Assembly (NCBI GenBank): GCA_025594325.1
Contig: JANHCV010000010.1
Location: 620,001-684,000, forward strand
Length of the DNA: 64,000 nucleotides
DNA from: Blastocladiella emersonii ATCC 22665
Taxonomy: Eukaryota > Fungi > Blastocladiomycota
Direction of reading: 5' to 3'
Numbering within the stretch: the stretch's first letter is position 1; each line of letters begins with the position of its first letter. Shown in pieces: positions 12,540 to 26,096 of this stretch. The notes below the pieces were generated by a model. The model saw only the letters and a program-made list of their open reading frames with translations. It had not been told where the DNA came from and did not search any database. The position numbers and the translations under genes were made by a program.

Positions 12540-13010
12540 GCTCTACTTGACGCTGACAAAGTTGCCGTCTAACGCACGCCACGTTATGAAACAGCATTGC
12601 TCGAACCACCGGACAGCATCGAGAATGACGTGGTGGCGAACCGTGAGCATCTTCTTTATCTCGGGCGTGGGCGACACGGTTGAGCCGACGAGCAGCATGT
12701 GCATCATGTTGGTTATGTCAGACTCGGCGTGTGGTAGCATGGTCTAGAGGATGCTATGCTTGTTCTCCATGAGGGCGACGCAGTTGCCCATCACAAAGGG
12801 CTGTCGCGTGCGCTCGTCGCGGCTCTACCTGAACTTGAAGACGTAGACCATGAGGCGGACGCACGAGATCGGAGACTCCTCGACGGGCGTCAGGATCTTG
12901 AGGCACTCGAGGCAATCGCCAGGATCATCAACGTTCGGGAGCGAGACCACGGGCATATTGCCCCGGTCAAGCGAGTCTTTGCACGGTTTTCAGACCTTGC
13001 ATTCTAAACG
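12540..13010 (-). mobile_element. Degenerate Helitron-associated N-terminal fragment (DUF6570-like), inverted relative to the adjacent RepHel fragment; mirror at ~20241-20711
   Basis: Minus strand reads CKDSLDRGNMPVVSLPN...GDCLECLKILTPVEESPISCVR...MGNCVALM...MMHMLLVGSTVSPTPEIKKMLTVRHHVILDAVRWF with in-frame stops; paralogous to 13120-13300 on +. Confidence 0.65.
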
Positions 13011-13099
13011 TGGATTTCGTGCGGGTGAGCAGAAGATTCGCGCGGTACAATCAAGGGCGAGGGTGCGTGCTGGCGTTTGGAGCGATTCCAGTGCGACAC

Positions 13100-16000
13100 C
13101 ACACGCTCTGGAGATAGCCCTAGAGTGCAAGAGCACGAACACCGCCACGTTGGGATTTGAACTCGATCCGCGTTTGATGTACGTTCTGCACATCTTGCTT
13201 GTTGGCTCAGACGTGTCGCCCATGCCCGACATGAAGAAACGCTCACGTTTTGCCGCGACACATCCTTGCCGCTTTCCTGTGGCTCAAGGAACACAACCCG
13301 TACTTCGCCGACGTCATCATTGACATGGACCGCATCAACGCGCTCCCTGAGGGCGGCATGCTGCCCGGCATGGAGTCGCGCGCCACGCGCGTCAACAACG
13401 CCGACCTCGAGGCGAGCGGGCGCAGCGGCGTGCACGACGACAACCTGCAGGCCGAGGAATCGGCGATTTCCCCGCCAGCTCAGATGGTCGAAAGTACGCG
13501 ACTTGCTCTCGCGACGCGCCACTCATGCGCTGTGGCGCAACCTGAAACACGGCCCGATCACCGACTTGATCAACTCGCCGTATAGCGCTCCTCGAGTCGT
13601 CGGCGTTTTCCAGAAGCCGAATGACAACGAATTGGTCGCCGGGCAGTTCCTCTATCCATTCTAGACGATCAATGATACGCAACCCAGCGGCGCGGGCGGC
13701 GGCTCGATCTATCCGCCTGCTCAAGTGCTGCAGGTGCCCATGGGCTCCACGCCCGTCAGCGAGTCCTCCGTCGGGCTCACGCTCATGGCGTTCCCGGTGC
13801 TCCTACCGTGCGGTGCTGGCGGGTTCAACCACGAGCGCGCACCATGGCGTAGCCACGCTCGAGCGCTACTCCTGGACACTGACCGTCGTTTCGCCGAGCA
13901 CACCACCTTCATGTTCGTCGTCAACAACATGATCCTCAAGAAGCTCATCGGGTTCGAGACGCGGTGCCGTGTTCCTCGCGCACTCTACGACACGGCTGCG
14001 GCGACCATGGACGGCATCTTGCTCACCACGCTGGACACGAACCTCGAGCTCGTCATGCAAGGCAAGACGGTGCAGCTTGACGGTCAAGTTCGGAGTCTCC
14101 TCCGATGGGTCCAGATTGCCGGCGCCCGCGTCCCCGGATCTCCGAGCTGACTGCAGACTAGGCGGCAGGAGATGCGCGCCCTGATCCTCCTCTCGGGCCT
14201 GCCCGACTTTTTCGTGACGCCCAACCCGTACGACGTCAACTCGCCGATCGTCGCCATCATGTCGGGTCTCTCGCGCGACTTGGTCATGGACATGGACGGC
14301 AAGTTTGCGCATGCGCACGAGCGTCGAGTGTTCGCGGCACGCGATCCAGTGGCTGCCGCTTGGCACTTCGACACAGTCGTCACAACGATCCTCGACGACC
14401 TGATCATGGGCACGGCTCAGCGACCCGGCGTTCTCGGTCTCATCGAGGGGGCACTACGGCATTGTCGAGGCGCAGGGGCGCGGCACGCTGCACATCCACG
14501 TCCTCGGCAAGAGCCCCAACGTGCCGCCTCAGGCCGTGATCGCGCGCAACATTCAGCTACTCGGTATACTGTACTTTGACCGCATCCCCTCGTACCTCGA
14601 TGGCGTTGTCAGCAACGACCTGTACTCACTTGACGATAGACGCGTCTGCTGCGGCATACCGCCCGCTGCAGCGCTGCCGCTCACGCAGTCCTCGTGTGCG
14701 AGTCAACCTGCAGCCGCTCCGTTCCGCGACGCGCAACCCGGCGAGACGGTCAAGTTAGGTGCACGACGTTCAACGACCTCGCCGGCACGCGGAAGCTTTC
14801 GACCTCACGGGCCGCGAGCATCCAGTGTGGACCGGTCTGCCCGAAAGTTATGACACACCCATCGACCCTTTCGCGCACATCAACCACATGCTCCAGGAGG
14901 GCATGATGCACAAGCACGGGCACACGTGTTACAAGAACGTGCGCCCGGGTGAGCTGCTACTTTGTCGGTTCCACTTTGGCACCAACGGCAAGACCATACA
15001 CGAGGTGACGCTCATCAAGCTCGTTCCAGATCCCGAGACGGGTGAGCTCAAGGCCGTCACAGTCCACCGGCGATTGCACCACTGGATCAACTCGTACAAC
15101 CCGACCATTCGCGCTCCTGGCTTCCAACATGGACATCAAGTACCTCGCCATGACGGCCGCCAACCCCGCCAACGTCATGTACTACATCACCAACTACGTC
15201 GCCAAGGTGCCGCCGTACTCTTACAGCACGTACGCCCCCCCTCGAGAGCGCTAAGAAGTTACGCTCCAACTCTCCGTCGGCTCCATTCTGCGCGGCCTCG
15301 TCAACCGCTCAACCACGTCGCGTGAGATCAACGGGCAGCAGATTGCGCTTGACCTGATCCGCAAGGGCGAGGAGACGTGGGTCTCCACGACGTACATCTT
15401 CGCCCACGGCCCGCTCTACCAGTTCCTGCGCATGGTCACGAACGCGGCGGGCTCGGACGCATCGGGCAACACAACTGGCGCGCAGCCCGTCGGCGAGGAC
15501 GGCGCCGCGGCAGTCGACGATGAACGCGAGCGCGAGCAGGAGGACGACGAGATCGACGACGAACGCATCACGTTCTCCAACCGCCAGATCACCGACAAGC
15601 TCACGATCGCCAACCTCTACATGCACCGGCCCAACGAGCTCGAGTCGCTTTCGCCGTACGACTGTTCGGAGCTGTCGCGTGGAGCCCATCAAGGCCGCGA
15701 CGAACGGCTTGCACCAGTCCGTGCCCGACGACGATGCTGACGACGGCAACGCGCCGCGCGCCAAGCGCGGTCGCCACGCCGAGCCGCGGTTCAAGTTCCG
15801 CGGCATGCATGCTGCAGTCGGCAAGCTCATTGTAGCGATGCGCGCGACCAAGGTCGTTCCCGTGCCGCTGTTCAACAAACAGGTCAGCCAGTCGTCCGAT
15901 ATCGGCAGCACCGAGTCGCGCGCGATGATCTCCATGATCCTGTTCAAGCCGTTCCGCGCCATCGACGAGGTGGTCCCGGGTCGTGGCGAGACGTGGTCGC

Positions 16001-16724
16001 AGACGCTAGATCTCTTCAAGAACACGCTCGAGCAAGGCAGCGACCGGCTCCGGTGGATCAACAACTTCCGCGACTACGTGAACACGTCGCCTGGCAAGCT
16101 GGTCGACGATTCGGAGGCCGACAACAGCGCGACGCCCGAGCAGGTCGACCTTCGACGTGCTGGCGGTACCGGCATGGGAAGCGATGACGACGGTGACGGC
16201 GAGATCATGCCCGCCGGCATCGCCCTGGAGGCCCACAACAACGACGCGTTCCTGCACGAGATCCTGTCAAGCATGTACAGAAGCGACCAGCACGCGGCCG
16301 AGCTCCTCGCCTCGGCATTGAACTACAAACTACTCTGGACTTCTGATACGCCCGTGTCTGGTCCGCCATTCGAGCCTCGCCAGCAGCTGCTCAAGGTCGA
16401 CTCGGAGTCGGCGTGGTTGGGCAAGCTCGTCAACAACTCTGATCTGGCTAAAAAAGCCGAGCAGGACGCCCATCGCTGAGCAGCACAAGTCGCAGCTGAG
16501 TCTCCTCGCACACAACTCGTTCAAGGCGACGGCAGTGTTACACCGCCTGCCGACCATGTGCAGCTCGGGCGGCGGTACCAGCTTGCTCCGTACCTTCACG
16601 GGCTCAACGTCGAGCAGCGCCGCGTCGTCGGGCACTTCGAGTCAACGCTTGATGCCATCAAGCGCGGCGACGCTGACGTTGAGCAGACCCTCATGCTCTT
16701 ACACAGCGAGGCCGGCATGAACAA
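13100..16724 (+). mobile_element. Degenerate Helitron RepHel transposase: DUF6570-like end, HUH Rep domain, linker, start of PIF1 helicase; partial mirror at 18686-20151
   Basis: LWLKEHNPYF; LPDFFVTPNP...RDPVAAAWHF; HYGIVEAQGRGTLHIHVL (14452-14505, HUH motif); HKHGHTCYK..CRF; NSYNP..NMDIKY..YYITNYVAK (~15180-15206); MILFKPFR; ends at a degenerate Walker A (HSEAGMNKT). Many frameshifts and stops. Confidence 0.9.
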
Positions 16725-17722
16725 AACTTCTGGCCGCTGGCCGCTGGCCGCTCCTCGCACTTCAACGCGTGCTCCTTCCACTGCTGCCGAGTCTCGCCGT
16801 CGACCTGCATCGAGTCTCCATCATGAGCCGCGTCCACCTCGGGCTATGGATCGGTTTTGACCACCTGCTCGAATGAAACCGTGAGCGAGCGCGCCATGAT
16901 GGGCTCGAAGTGGAAAAAGTCGCCAAACGCGAGGACGTGCAGGCCGCCAAACGTGCGATGGTCACAGCTCGGGTACAGCGCGTCAAAGTGCAAGTACATG
17001 GCGACAAAGAGCTCGGCGCCGACCATGGAGTTCTCGTCGATAGGGACAGCCTGGACCTTGCGGTACGAGGCTTCGAGCTCGGCCTTGGCTAAGTTGCTCA
17101 TCGGCTTGGCCGCTGAGACGGCGGTACCAATACCGCACGTGGCGTGGATCGTGGAGCTGCCAATCGGCGCTGCGGCTACGCCGGTTGGCGCACAGATGTT
17201 GAGCCACGAATTGCGGCCCTTTACGACGAACATGTCGCAATTCGAGTTGATGACACGGCTCCTACCCGTGCCCGCCTCGCCGTGGACGAGCATGAAGAGC
17301 TGCTCGACGTCAGCGCCGCTGCGCTTGATGGCATCGAGAGCCGACTCGACCCGCTTGATGACGCGCCAAAGATCAAATTGCTCAAGAGTTGCGCTGTTGT
17401 TGGTTTGCGGTTCGGCGATCAGCTTGCCGGCAGTGTCTTAGTAATCAACACGGGGGTAGGGAAGTGCGCAAAAGGCAGAAGTGGGCCAAATCGGTCGGGA
17501 CTCCACAGGATGATCTGGTGCCAACCTAGTTGCATAGAGTAACCGAGTAAATCTTTTTTGTGGATTCAGAGAAGCTTGAGGAAAAGATAATTTGATCGCG
17601 AGGAAGTTGCGTGGCGCGACGCGTCGCGGTGCATCACGTGAGAAACGGCACGATTTTGAGCTCATCGATAGCCCAGCTTGACGCGGAATTCAGCTCGACA
17701 GAAACTCAGCCTACTGCTGAGA
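16725..17722 (-). mobile_element. 5'-end-containing, internally deleted Helitron2-type fragment with N-terminal PIF1 helicase motifs
   Basis: Starts T|TCTCAGCAGTAGGCTGAGTTTCTG (near-identical to 55902 onward, similarity continuing ~200 nt), then LVHGEAGTGRS, APTGVAAAPIGSSTIH, IDENSMVG, FGGLHVLAFGDFFHFEP. Confidence 0.85.
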
Positions 17723-17744
17723 ACGATCCAAAAAGTCCAGCAAC

Positions 17745-17769
17745 CACAGCAGCAGCAGCAGCAGCAGCA
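17745..17769 (+). repeat. (CAG)n microsatellite next to the Helitron2 5' end
   Basis: cacagcagcagcagcagcagcagcaaaa. Confidence 0.8.
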
Positions 17770-18685
17770 AAAGTTTAAGGATCCTATCCGCTAACTGTCG
17801 TTCCCCGTCGACACGCCCGAAACCAGCAACAACCGGCGAGGGGTGTCGAACACTGTGCTTCGCACCCGCTCGCGCTCAAGGTTGGTGGTATGTCAGACGC
17901 TCGGAGCACGCTGCAGACAATCCTATAGCGACCGACCGCGACCATGGCGCGTGCGGACGCTTCTCCCCCCTGCGCCGCTACTTGATGCATCCCTTGGCTT
18001 TGCGTTCTGCCTCTTCCCCTCACTTCCCTACTATAAAGTAGTTTACCCTGACATGAAAAAATCCTGACCATTGGTCAATGGTCAGTTTCGATCTTCTAAG
18101 CGCTCGCATGCGTCGAGTTTCCGCCCTCGGCAGCAACGCTTACATGTGCGCGTGCTTGGCATGGGCGGGGCGCGAGTGCCGGGACCGCGGACACGGCGGA
18201 CCCAGCGGCGGCGGCGAGGAGCGAAGGGCGAGGAGCGGGACGATACCGAACATCTCGACCTTGTCGCCGTTCTCGCCCTCCTCGCCGTCACCACAGCCGC
18301 GGCGGCAGCCAGCGAGCAACTTGGTTTATGCGTCATTTTTGGCTATTGAAAGCTATCTCGGGAGCCACGAAAGCTATTGACTTAGGGTCACCTGCCCGTT
18401 GGATGACGGTCTCGCAACACCCCACGTCGCGTCGCGGCCACTAAAAAAACGCGCGCGGCCTCCTCACGTTCTCTCAGAGAAGCCATCAACCCGATATTGC
18501 AGAACCTGCGACGGATCGAACAATGCTGAACGCGGTCCCGATCTACGCCAACCGCCGTCGCCGCAGCGCATGTCGCGCGACGAGCTCATTGCCGCTGCGT
18601 GCGTGTCGATTCGCACGCGTCCGGCATCTGTCCCAAACAGTCAACTGACGCGGTGCTGCCGTACCGTAGGACCAAGGCAGGGCTG

Positions 18686-21600
18686 ACCGAGTAGCTGAAT
18701 GTTGCGCGCGATCACGGCCTGAGGCGGCACGTTGGGGCTCTTGCCGAGGACGTGGATGTGCAGCGTGCCGCGCCCCTGCGCCTCGACAATGCCGTAGTGC
18801 CCCCTCGATGAGACCGAGAACGCCGGGTCGCTGAGCCGTGCCCATGATCAGGTCGTCGAGGATCGTTGTGACGACTGTGTCGAAGTGCCAAGCGGCAGCC
18901 ACTGGATCGCGTGCCGCGAACACTCGACGCTCGTGCGCATGCGCAAACTTGCCGTCCATGTCCATGACCAAGTCGCGCGAGAGACCCGACATGATGGCGA
19001 CGATCGGCGAGTTGACGTCGTACGGGTTGGGCGTCACGAAAAAGTCGGGCAGGCCCGAGAGGAGGATCAGGGCGCGCATCTCCTGCCGCCTAGTCTGCAG
19101 TCAGCTCGGAGATCCGGGGACGCGGGCGCCGGCAATCTGGACCCATCGGAGGAGACTCCGAACTTGACCGTCAAGCTGCACCGTCTTGCCTTGCATGACG
19201 AGCTCGAGGTTCGTGTCCAGCGTGGTGAGCAAGATGCCGTCCATGGTCGCCGCAGCCGTGTCGTAGAGTGCGCGAGGAACACGGCACCGCGTCTCGAACC
19301 CGATGAGCTTCTTGAGGATCATGTTGTTGACGACGAACATGAAGGTGGTGTGCTCGGCGAAACGACGGTCAGTGTCCAGGAGTAGCGCTCGAGCGTGGCT
19401 ACGCCATGGTGCGCGCTCGTGGTTGAACCCGCCAGCACCGCACGGTAGGAGCACCGGGAACGCCATGAGCGTGAGCCCGACGGAGGACTCGCTGACGGGC
19501 GTGGAGCCCATGGGCACCTGCAGCACTTGAGCAGGCGGATAGATCGAGCCGCCGCCCGCGCCGCTGGGTTGCGTATCATTGATCGTCTAGAATGGATAGA
19601 GGAACTGCCCGGCGACCAATTCGTTGTCATTCGGCTTCTGGAAAACGCCGACGACTCGAGGAGCGCTATACGGCGAGTTGATCAAGTCGGTGATCGGGCC
19701 GTGTTTCAGGTTGCGCCACAGCGCATGAGTGGCGCGTCGCGAGAGCAAGTCGCGTACTTTCGACCATCTGAGCTGGCGGGGAAATCGCCGATTCCTCGGC
19801 CTGCAGGTTGTCGTCGTGCACGCCGCTGCGCCCGCTCGCCTCGAGGTCGGCGTTGTTGACGCGCGTGGCGCGCGACTCCATGCCGGGCAGCATGCCGCCC
19901 TCAGGGAGCGCGTTGATGCGGTCCATGTCAATGATGACGTCGGCGAAGTACGGGTTGTGTTCCTTGAGCCACAGGAAAGCGGCAAGGATGTGTCGCGGCA
20001 AAACGTGAGCGTTTCTTCATGTCGGGCATGGGCGACACGTCTGAGCCAACAAGCAAGATGTGCAGAACGTACATCAAACGCGGATCGAGTTCAAATCCCA
20101 ACGTGGCGGTGTTCGTGCTCTTGCACTCTAGGGCTATCTCCAGAGCGTGTGGTGTCGCACTGGAATCGCTCCAAACGCCAGCACGCACCCTCGCCCTTGA
20201 TTGTACCGCGCGAATCTTCTGCTCACCCGCACGAAATCCACGTTTAGAATGCAAGGTCTGAAAACCGTGCAAAGACTCGCTTGACCGGGGCAATATGCCC
20301 GTGGTCTCGCTCCCGAACGTTGATGATCCTGGCGATTGCCTCGAGTGCCTCAAGATCCTGACGCCCGTCGAGGAGTCTCCGATCTCGTGCGTCCGCCTCA
20401 TGGTCTACGTCTTCAAGTTCAGGTAGAGCCGCGACGAGCGCACGCGACAGCCCTTTGTGATGGGCAACTGCGTCGCCCTCATGGAGAACAAGCATAGCAT
20501 CCTCTAGACCATGCTACCACACGCCGAGTCTGACATAACCAACATGATGCACATGCTGCTCGTCGGCTCAACCGTGTCGCCCACGCCCGAGATAAAGAAG
20601 ATGCTCACGGTTCGCCACCACGTCATTCTCGATGCTGTCCGGTGGTTCGAGCAATGCTGTTTCATAACGTGGCGTGCGTTAGACGGCAACTTTGTCAGCG
20701 TCAAGTAGAGCAAGCGTCCTTCTCTATCGTTCTGACCGCTACTCTCGATGAGTTGTGGCCACCGCGATATATTCACACGTCTCAACAATGGGACGCCAGC
20801 AAGTGTGCACAAAAGGCTGCGCATGCCAGGGTATCAGCCTGACTCAAACGCGAAAGTGATATGTCAGGAATGGCGGCTAAAACCGAGAGAAAGAAAGAAA
20901 GTCAGTCCGCAAGCAGTCCGGCGGAGCAACAGCTGCCGTCCCTAAAATGCGAGAGGAAGGAAAATGAGGCCTTGAGCTTGTGCAACTTGGAAAGAGCATC
21001 CATACGACACCCAGGACCCATTGCATGAAGTAAGGCGGCAGGATTAGTCGAGGGACAGCGGGAAGTAGGGGGTGGAAGTGAAAGAGCTGCGGACGCGCGG
21101 CAAAACACGCGGCGCGGCAGAAGCGAAGCGAAGTCGAGCCACCCGATGGACTAGGCGAGGTGAGGGTGGTGAGCACACTGCGCGGAGCACGACGCGAGGT
21201 GACTGACGCGCGCGCCGCGGCGCACGCACGACGCGTACCCGTGGATGAGGTTGCCGATGAGGAAGGAGGAAGGAGAAAGGAGAAAGGAGGAAGGAGCGGT
21301 CGAGGTCGGGTCGATGATGAAGCTGAAGCTGAAGCTGAAGCTGAAGCTGAAGCGCGCGCGAGCGTGTCGTGTCGTGTCGTGTTGAGTCGAGCGTGTCGAG
21401 CGAGAAGCACGTCGTCGAGGATCGTGCCGAGCCGAGCGAGAAACACGTTGGGGAGTCGAGGAACACGTCGAGGATCCGAGTGCCGTAGCAGGCGGAGCAG
21501 GCTGTAGTGCGAGGGAGCGTACACGTCGTCGGGCGCGGGGGCAGGGTAGGGTAGGGTAGGGTAGGGAGGAGGTTTTCGGGTCAGCACCACTCGTCGAGCT

Positions 21601-24600
21601 CGAAGAAGGAGAAGACCTGCTGCTGCTGCAGCGAGGCGAGAGAGCGCACACGTTCCATGGCGACTCGACCTGCGGCGGCCTGCGACTTGCGGCGGCCTGC
21701 GACCCGACGACCCGCGACGCGACGACCCGCGACCCGACGACCCGACCGACGCGCGCGCGTGTGCGCCTTGACCTGGACCTTGGCCGAGTTGACGACCGAG
21801 TTGAGCTGAGCTGAGTTGATCGAGTTGAGCTGAGTTGACCGAGTACATACAGCGCCGACCCGAGTACCGCGCCAATACTCCTTGATCTTGTTCTTGCCGA
21901 CCACGACGAGTTCCTTGGTCTTTGCGTACCGCTGGACGCGGGACGCGAGCGCGGCGAAGCTCGAGTAGTGCAGCCATACATGATCCGGATCGCGGCCGTG
22001 TTCCGTCAGTGCGCGGGTGGTTACTCGATCCGGCCCGACCTCGTACCTACGAGTGCACGGACGCGTTCCCGGTCCCGACGGTGGCTCAGCGGTAGGCTAG
22101 GACGAGGTTACGGCCAGTTGGAGATCAGGAATCGATGAGGCGGGTTGGCGATGCACGATAATCAGGAGAGCGAGGGCGAGAGCGAAGGCCGACGCGTCGC
22201 GGTCCACCTTCCGTCGGCGCGCCACCCTCGCGATCCGACGTGTTGCGCCACCGCGTCTCCCTCCGCTCCTTTTTGATACGCGCCCTTAGAGACAAAAACT
22301 GTTGCGCATGACCGCTCGTGACCCTCTGGACTGTTGGTGCCACGCCCGCGATGGCGTGCTGGGCCGGCCGGCCCTCGATCCAAGCGTTCCGGCAGGGACG
22401 GCCGTTGGCGCGCTCACCCTGCTCCCACCGAACGTGATGCGTTGCACCCCTCAAGCTTGCCTGACCGCTTGCGCTGGCATGGCCAATGTCTCCCATGACG
22501 TCTACGCTCCTCGCGAGGCCGAAACCGCGTCGCATGAAGCAGATATGTATGCGCTCCGAGTGCCCAACTTCGTGCACCGGTCCTCTCCGACCCACGGCCA
22601 GTCCGCCGGGCCTTCCACGCCGGCCTCGGACGTTGACCGTGCACGGGGCTGGCCTTTGCTACTCTCGAGTGCCCCCGTCGCACGGCCCCAAGAGCTCGAT
22701 CCGCGGTGCGACGCGATCTTGGGCACGGCTGACCCCGTCCGGACCGCACGTAAGCGGCGGGTCGGCCTTCACACCCGACTCTGCGTGGCCGGGCACCCGC
22801 CCAACAACGTTGCTTCTTCACGCCGGCCAACGCGATCCATCCGCCCATCCTCCATCTGCTGCTCCGTTCTTGCAGCGCGTTCACCGAGGTCACCAGCGAC
22901 GCGTAGCACGCGCGTCCGGCAGGCTGGCCCTTACATTTTGCTCCATGTCGTCTCGTGTCGGGTATCCTCAAGAGGACAAACGGTCGGACGGACGAGCGCT
23001 GCCGCCGTCCGAAAACGCTGCTACCGCTCGGCCTAGCGCTTCGGCCTTGCGTTGCTTGGACCGTTGTTCGGGCGGCGCGTTCCCACCACGCACTCGTCTC
23101 CTTTGGGGCGCGCTCCGTGCGCTCCTCGCGCTTCGGCCCATGAGAACGCACCTCGCTCGTGGGTGCCGCCTCGCCCTCCTTCCACACCCTCCTTGATTGG
23201 TCGACTCGCCACACGTCCGCGGGGTCGCGCGTCGAGCATCTCCGACTTCGGCGACAGCCCTGGAGCGGCCCGATCGGCCTGATCCTGCACTAGCAGAGCG
23301 CCGAGGGCTTGTCACGACTTTGACCAACTTGTGCTCGCGTCGCCATGAAGGCCGATCGCTCGTTGCTGGGGCCGCGCCCCCGTTGCGGCGCCCGACCGTG
23401 CCGCCGCGCGCGCGCTCTCCTCGGTCGTGCGCTCACCTCAGTCGCGACCGCTTAGCGTGGCGTTCTCCCTCTCATCCGGCACTTCCAGCAAGTGACTCGC
23501 TTGCGACGACGCACACAAGTGAGCGTTGTGTGACGCAGATGCGGCGAGCGCCCTGTTCTGCGGTCAAGGCGGCGGCGCAGGGAGGCCCGAACTCGAGAGC
23601 TCCTCCAGCAGGCACCTCCCGCAGCTCACGCTCTCCCTCTCTCCAGTATGGCCCTCGCAGGGACCTCTTTCGACGAATACGAAACCATGAAGCACATGCA
23701 AGACCATCCGCATGCGACGGACGCGCCGCTCGAGCTGCCGTTCGACCTGTTCGAGCACGTCGTCGCGCTCGCGCTCCCGCGGGCGGCCGTGGCCGCGGCG
23801 TCAGCAGCAGCGCGCGACGCCGCGACCGGTCCTCACGCACTGCGCCCGTGGGTCGCCCGCCGGGTCGCCGCGACGATGCTCGCCGACTACGAGGCGGGCA
23901 ACGGCGAGGACTACGACGCCGGCTACTTCTCGTTTGGCCGCGACCTCGACAAGTGGTACGAGCTCGCGCGGCACCTGCAGATGCCGCTCGTGTGGTTCCT
24001 CAAGCTGCGCTTCTCCGGCGCACTGCGCAACGACACGCCCGGGCTTCGGGGCGGCGACGATTCCGCCGTGGTCGCTGCTCGCACCGGGCACCCGTTCTCT
24101 CCGTCGGTGGCGGCCTACTTTTACCGCCGCACTGCGTCCCTGTCCGAGTCTTTGATCGAGGCGATCGCGCCCTTTTGCGATCTTCCCATGGGCACCGACC
24201 TGCTGCACGGCTCATTTGCCTTTCGCGCCGTACCCGAGGGCCTGTCGCTGATTCACTTTTTCCTGCATGTCGGTGACCTCGACGCCATGTTCGCGTGCCT
24301 TGACCACTTGCTCACATTGTTCCCGGCCTCGCTGCGCACCGACCGCGCCAAGATCACGACGTGGTCCCGCTTCTGGCTCAGCGAGCGCTCCATCACGCGC
24401 GAGAACCTGTGCCTCATGGACGAGGACGACCACGACGACCCGCCCGTCGATATCTCGTACCCGGTCACGTTCCCCATGGCGCTCGCTCTCGCCGCCATGA
24501 CCGTGTGGAACCGCAAAGCGGTCGAGCGTCTCCTCGACGGCGACTTTGGGATTGACCGCACCGAGCTGTTTGCGTGGTTCTCGCGCCGCGAGACGACCAA

Positions 24601-26080
24601 CGTGTTCCTGTGCACGCTGCACGAGCGGCACCGCGCCGCCGAGACCATCCCGCCGATCCTCGACTGGTTAGTGGGTGAAGGCTGGGTCCGCGACCGCGAG
24701 CGGCACGCGTCCATGTCGTACTACGCGTGGGATCACGCGGACTACGCGCTTTTCAAGGTGCTTTTCGAGCGCTACGATCTGCCTCTGCTTGACGAAATGG
24801 ATGCCGAGACGCGTTTTGACGTTGGCGCGGGTCTTGCTCCGTTCCTTGACGAGGGTCACCACGACCAGATCCCGCGCTTCGCCGAGCTCGGCATCATCAC
24901 CAACGAGGCGTGGACCGGCATCCTGACGAACGCTCTCGAGACGCCCAAGGTGCTCGAGCCCGTGCTTGGCTACCTCGAGACCTATGTTGACCGCAGCGAC
25001 CTCCGCGACATGCTCAGCAACGGTACGCTTCTCTTCCGTTTGAACCGTGTTGCGGCCTTCTGCTGAACCGTCACCCACCAATCTAGCTTGCGTGCCCGAG
25101 GACAGCTCGTGGCCCGCGACCTTGACCCCGGACTCATTCCTCGCTCTCATCAACGTGTGCGGCGCCCTCGGCTTCGCGCCCGCGCAGATCCTTGAGTCGC
25201 ATCTCGACTACTACGCGAGCTTGCCGGGTCTCGTCCCGCTGCTGCTCTCGGCCGACCACACGGGCGTCGAGCCGCGCGACGTGCTCGAACGCGTCCTTGA
25301 CTCGCTCGCCACCTTCGAGCCCAACTACGAGGGTGCCAACAAGAAGGCGACCCCGTTCCTGACCGAGGTGCTCGCGCGGACTTGCCGTCCGGAGCCGCCG
25401 ATCCCGCTTGACGCGTTTCTGGACTGCCTCGACTGCTTCAACGGGACTCGCTGCGAGGTTCAGACCGTCGTCATTGCGCTGCTCGTCGAGCAGATCATCG
25501 ACCTCCTTGATTCGGATCGCAGTGACGATGACGACGACGAGGTGGAGTTGGACGGCAGTGATGACGACGACGCGCAGCCGGCCTCGGCCCTCTTCAACGT
25601 TCTCGACCAGCTCACGGCGCGGTACCCGCACGGCTTTGGGCGGTACGACAGCGAGGTGACCGCGTCGCTCCGTGGTGCGCTTCGTGAGCACTTTTCCCGC
25701 GACGCGCTCGCCGCCATGGACGGTGCCGCCCTTGTGGATCCCTCGACCGACCCCCTCAACCGCCGCCTCTTCGACTCGCTCGTCGAGTACGACATCACCT
25801 TCATGGCCCAGTTCGTCAAGGACGTGCGCGGCTTCGACATCCCGTGGGTGCTCGAGCTGCTGTTCGAGATGGTCTCGCACCCGTCCGACCTCAACGTCGC
25901 GCTGCCCCGCGCCACGGCCGAGTCCATGATCCGGCGCGCGATCCTCGACGGCCAGTACGACCACGCGTGCCGCGTCATGCACCTCGCGCCGCCGTCCGAC
26001 AAGTTCAAGAGCAGCCTCGCGTACATGGTCAAGGCCAAGAAGCTGCACGAGGCGCAGGAAAAGGTGCTGGACGTGTTTGG
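18686..26080. repeat. Right arm of the ~7.4-kb inverted duplication
   Basis: Reverse complement of 7171-14565; identity stops at 18686 (inner) and 26080 (outer). Confidence 0.95.
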
Positions 26081-26096
26081 AATCAAGGCTGTGTGA
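23687..26096 (+). CDS. Second intact copy of the F-box-like family protein; intron 25023-25086
   Basis: ORFs 23648-25066 and 25047-26096 join in frame (N-A-C-V-P-E) across GTACGC...CTAG. Identical to the left copy except the last codons (IKAV* vs IKFV*). Confidence 0.78.

Larger units (their letters stand above)
7171..14565. repeat. Left arm of a ~7.4-kb inverted duplication
   Basis: Every ORF in the track has an identical mirror with coordinates summing to 33251 (e.g. 8185-9603/23648-25066, 11270-12100/21151-21981). Boundaries read by hand. Confidence 0.95.

Noticed and set aside
12540-17440. RIP-type mutation as the cause of Helitron decay
   Set aside because: Fragments remain GC-rich with abundant CpA/TpG, and the long inverted repeat is unmutated; cannot be supported without dinucleotide indices.
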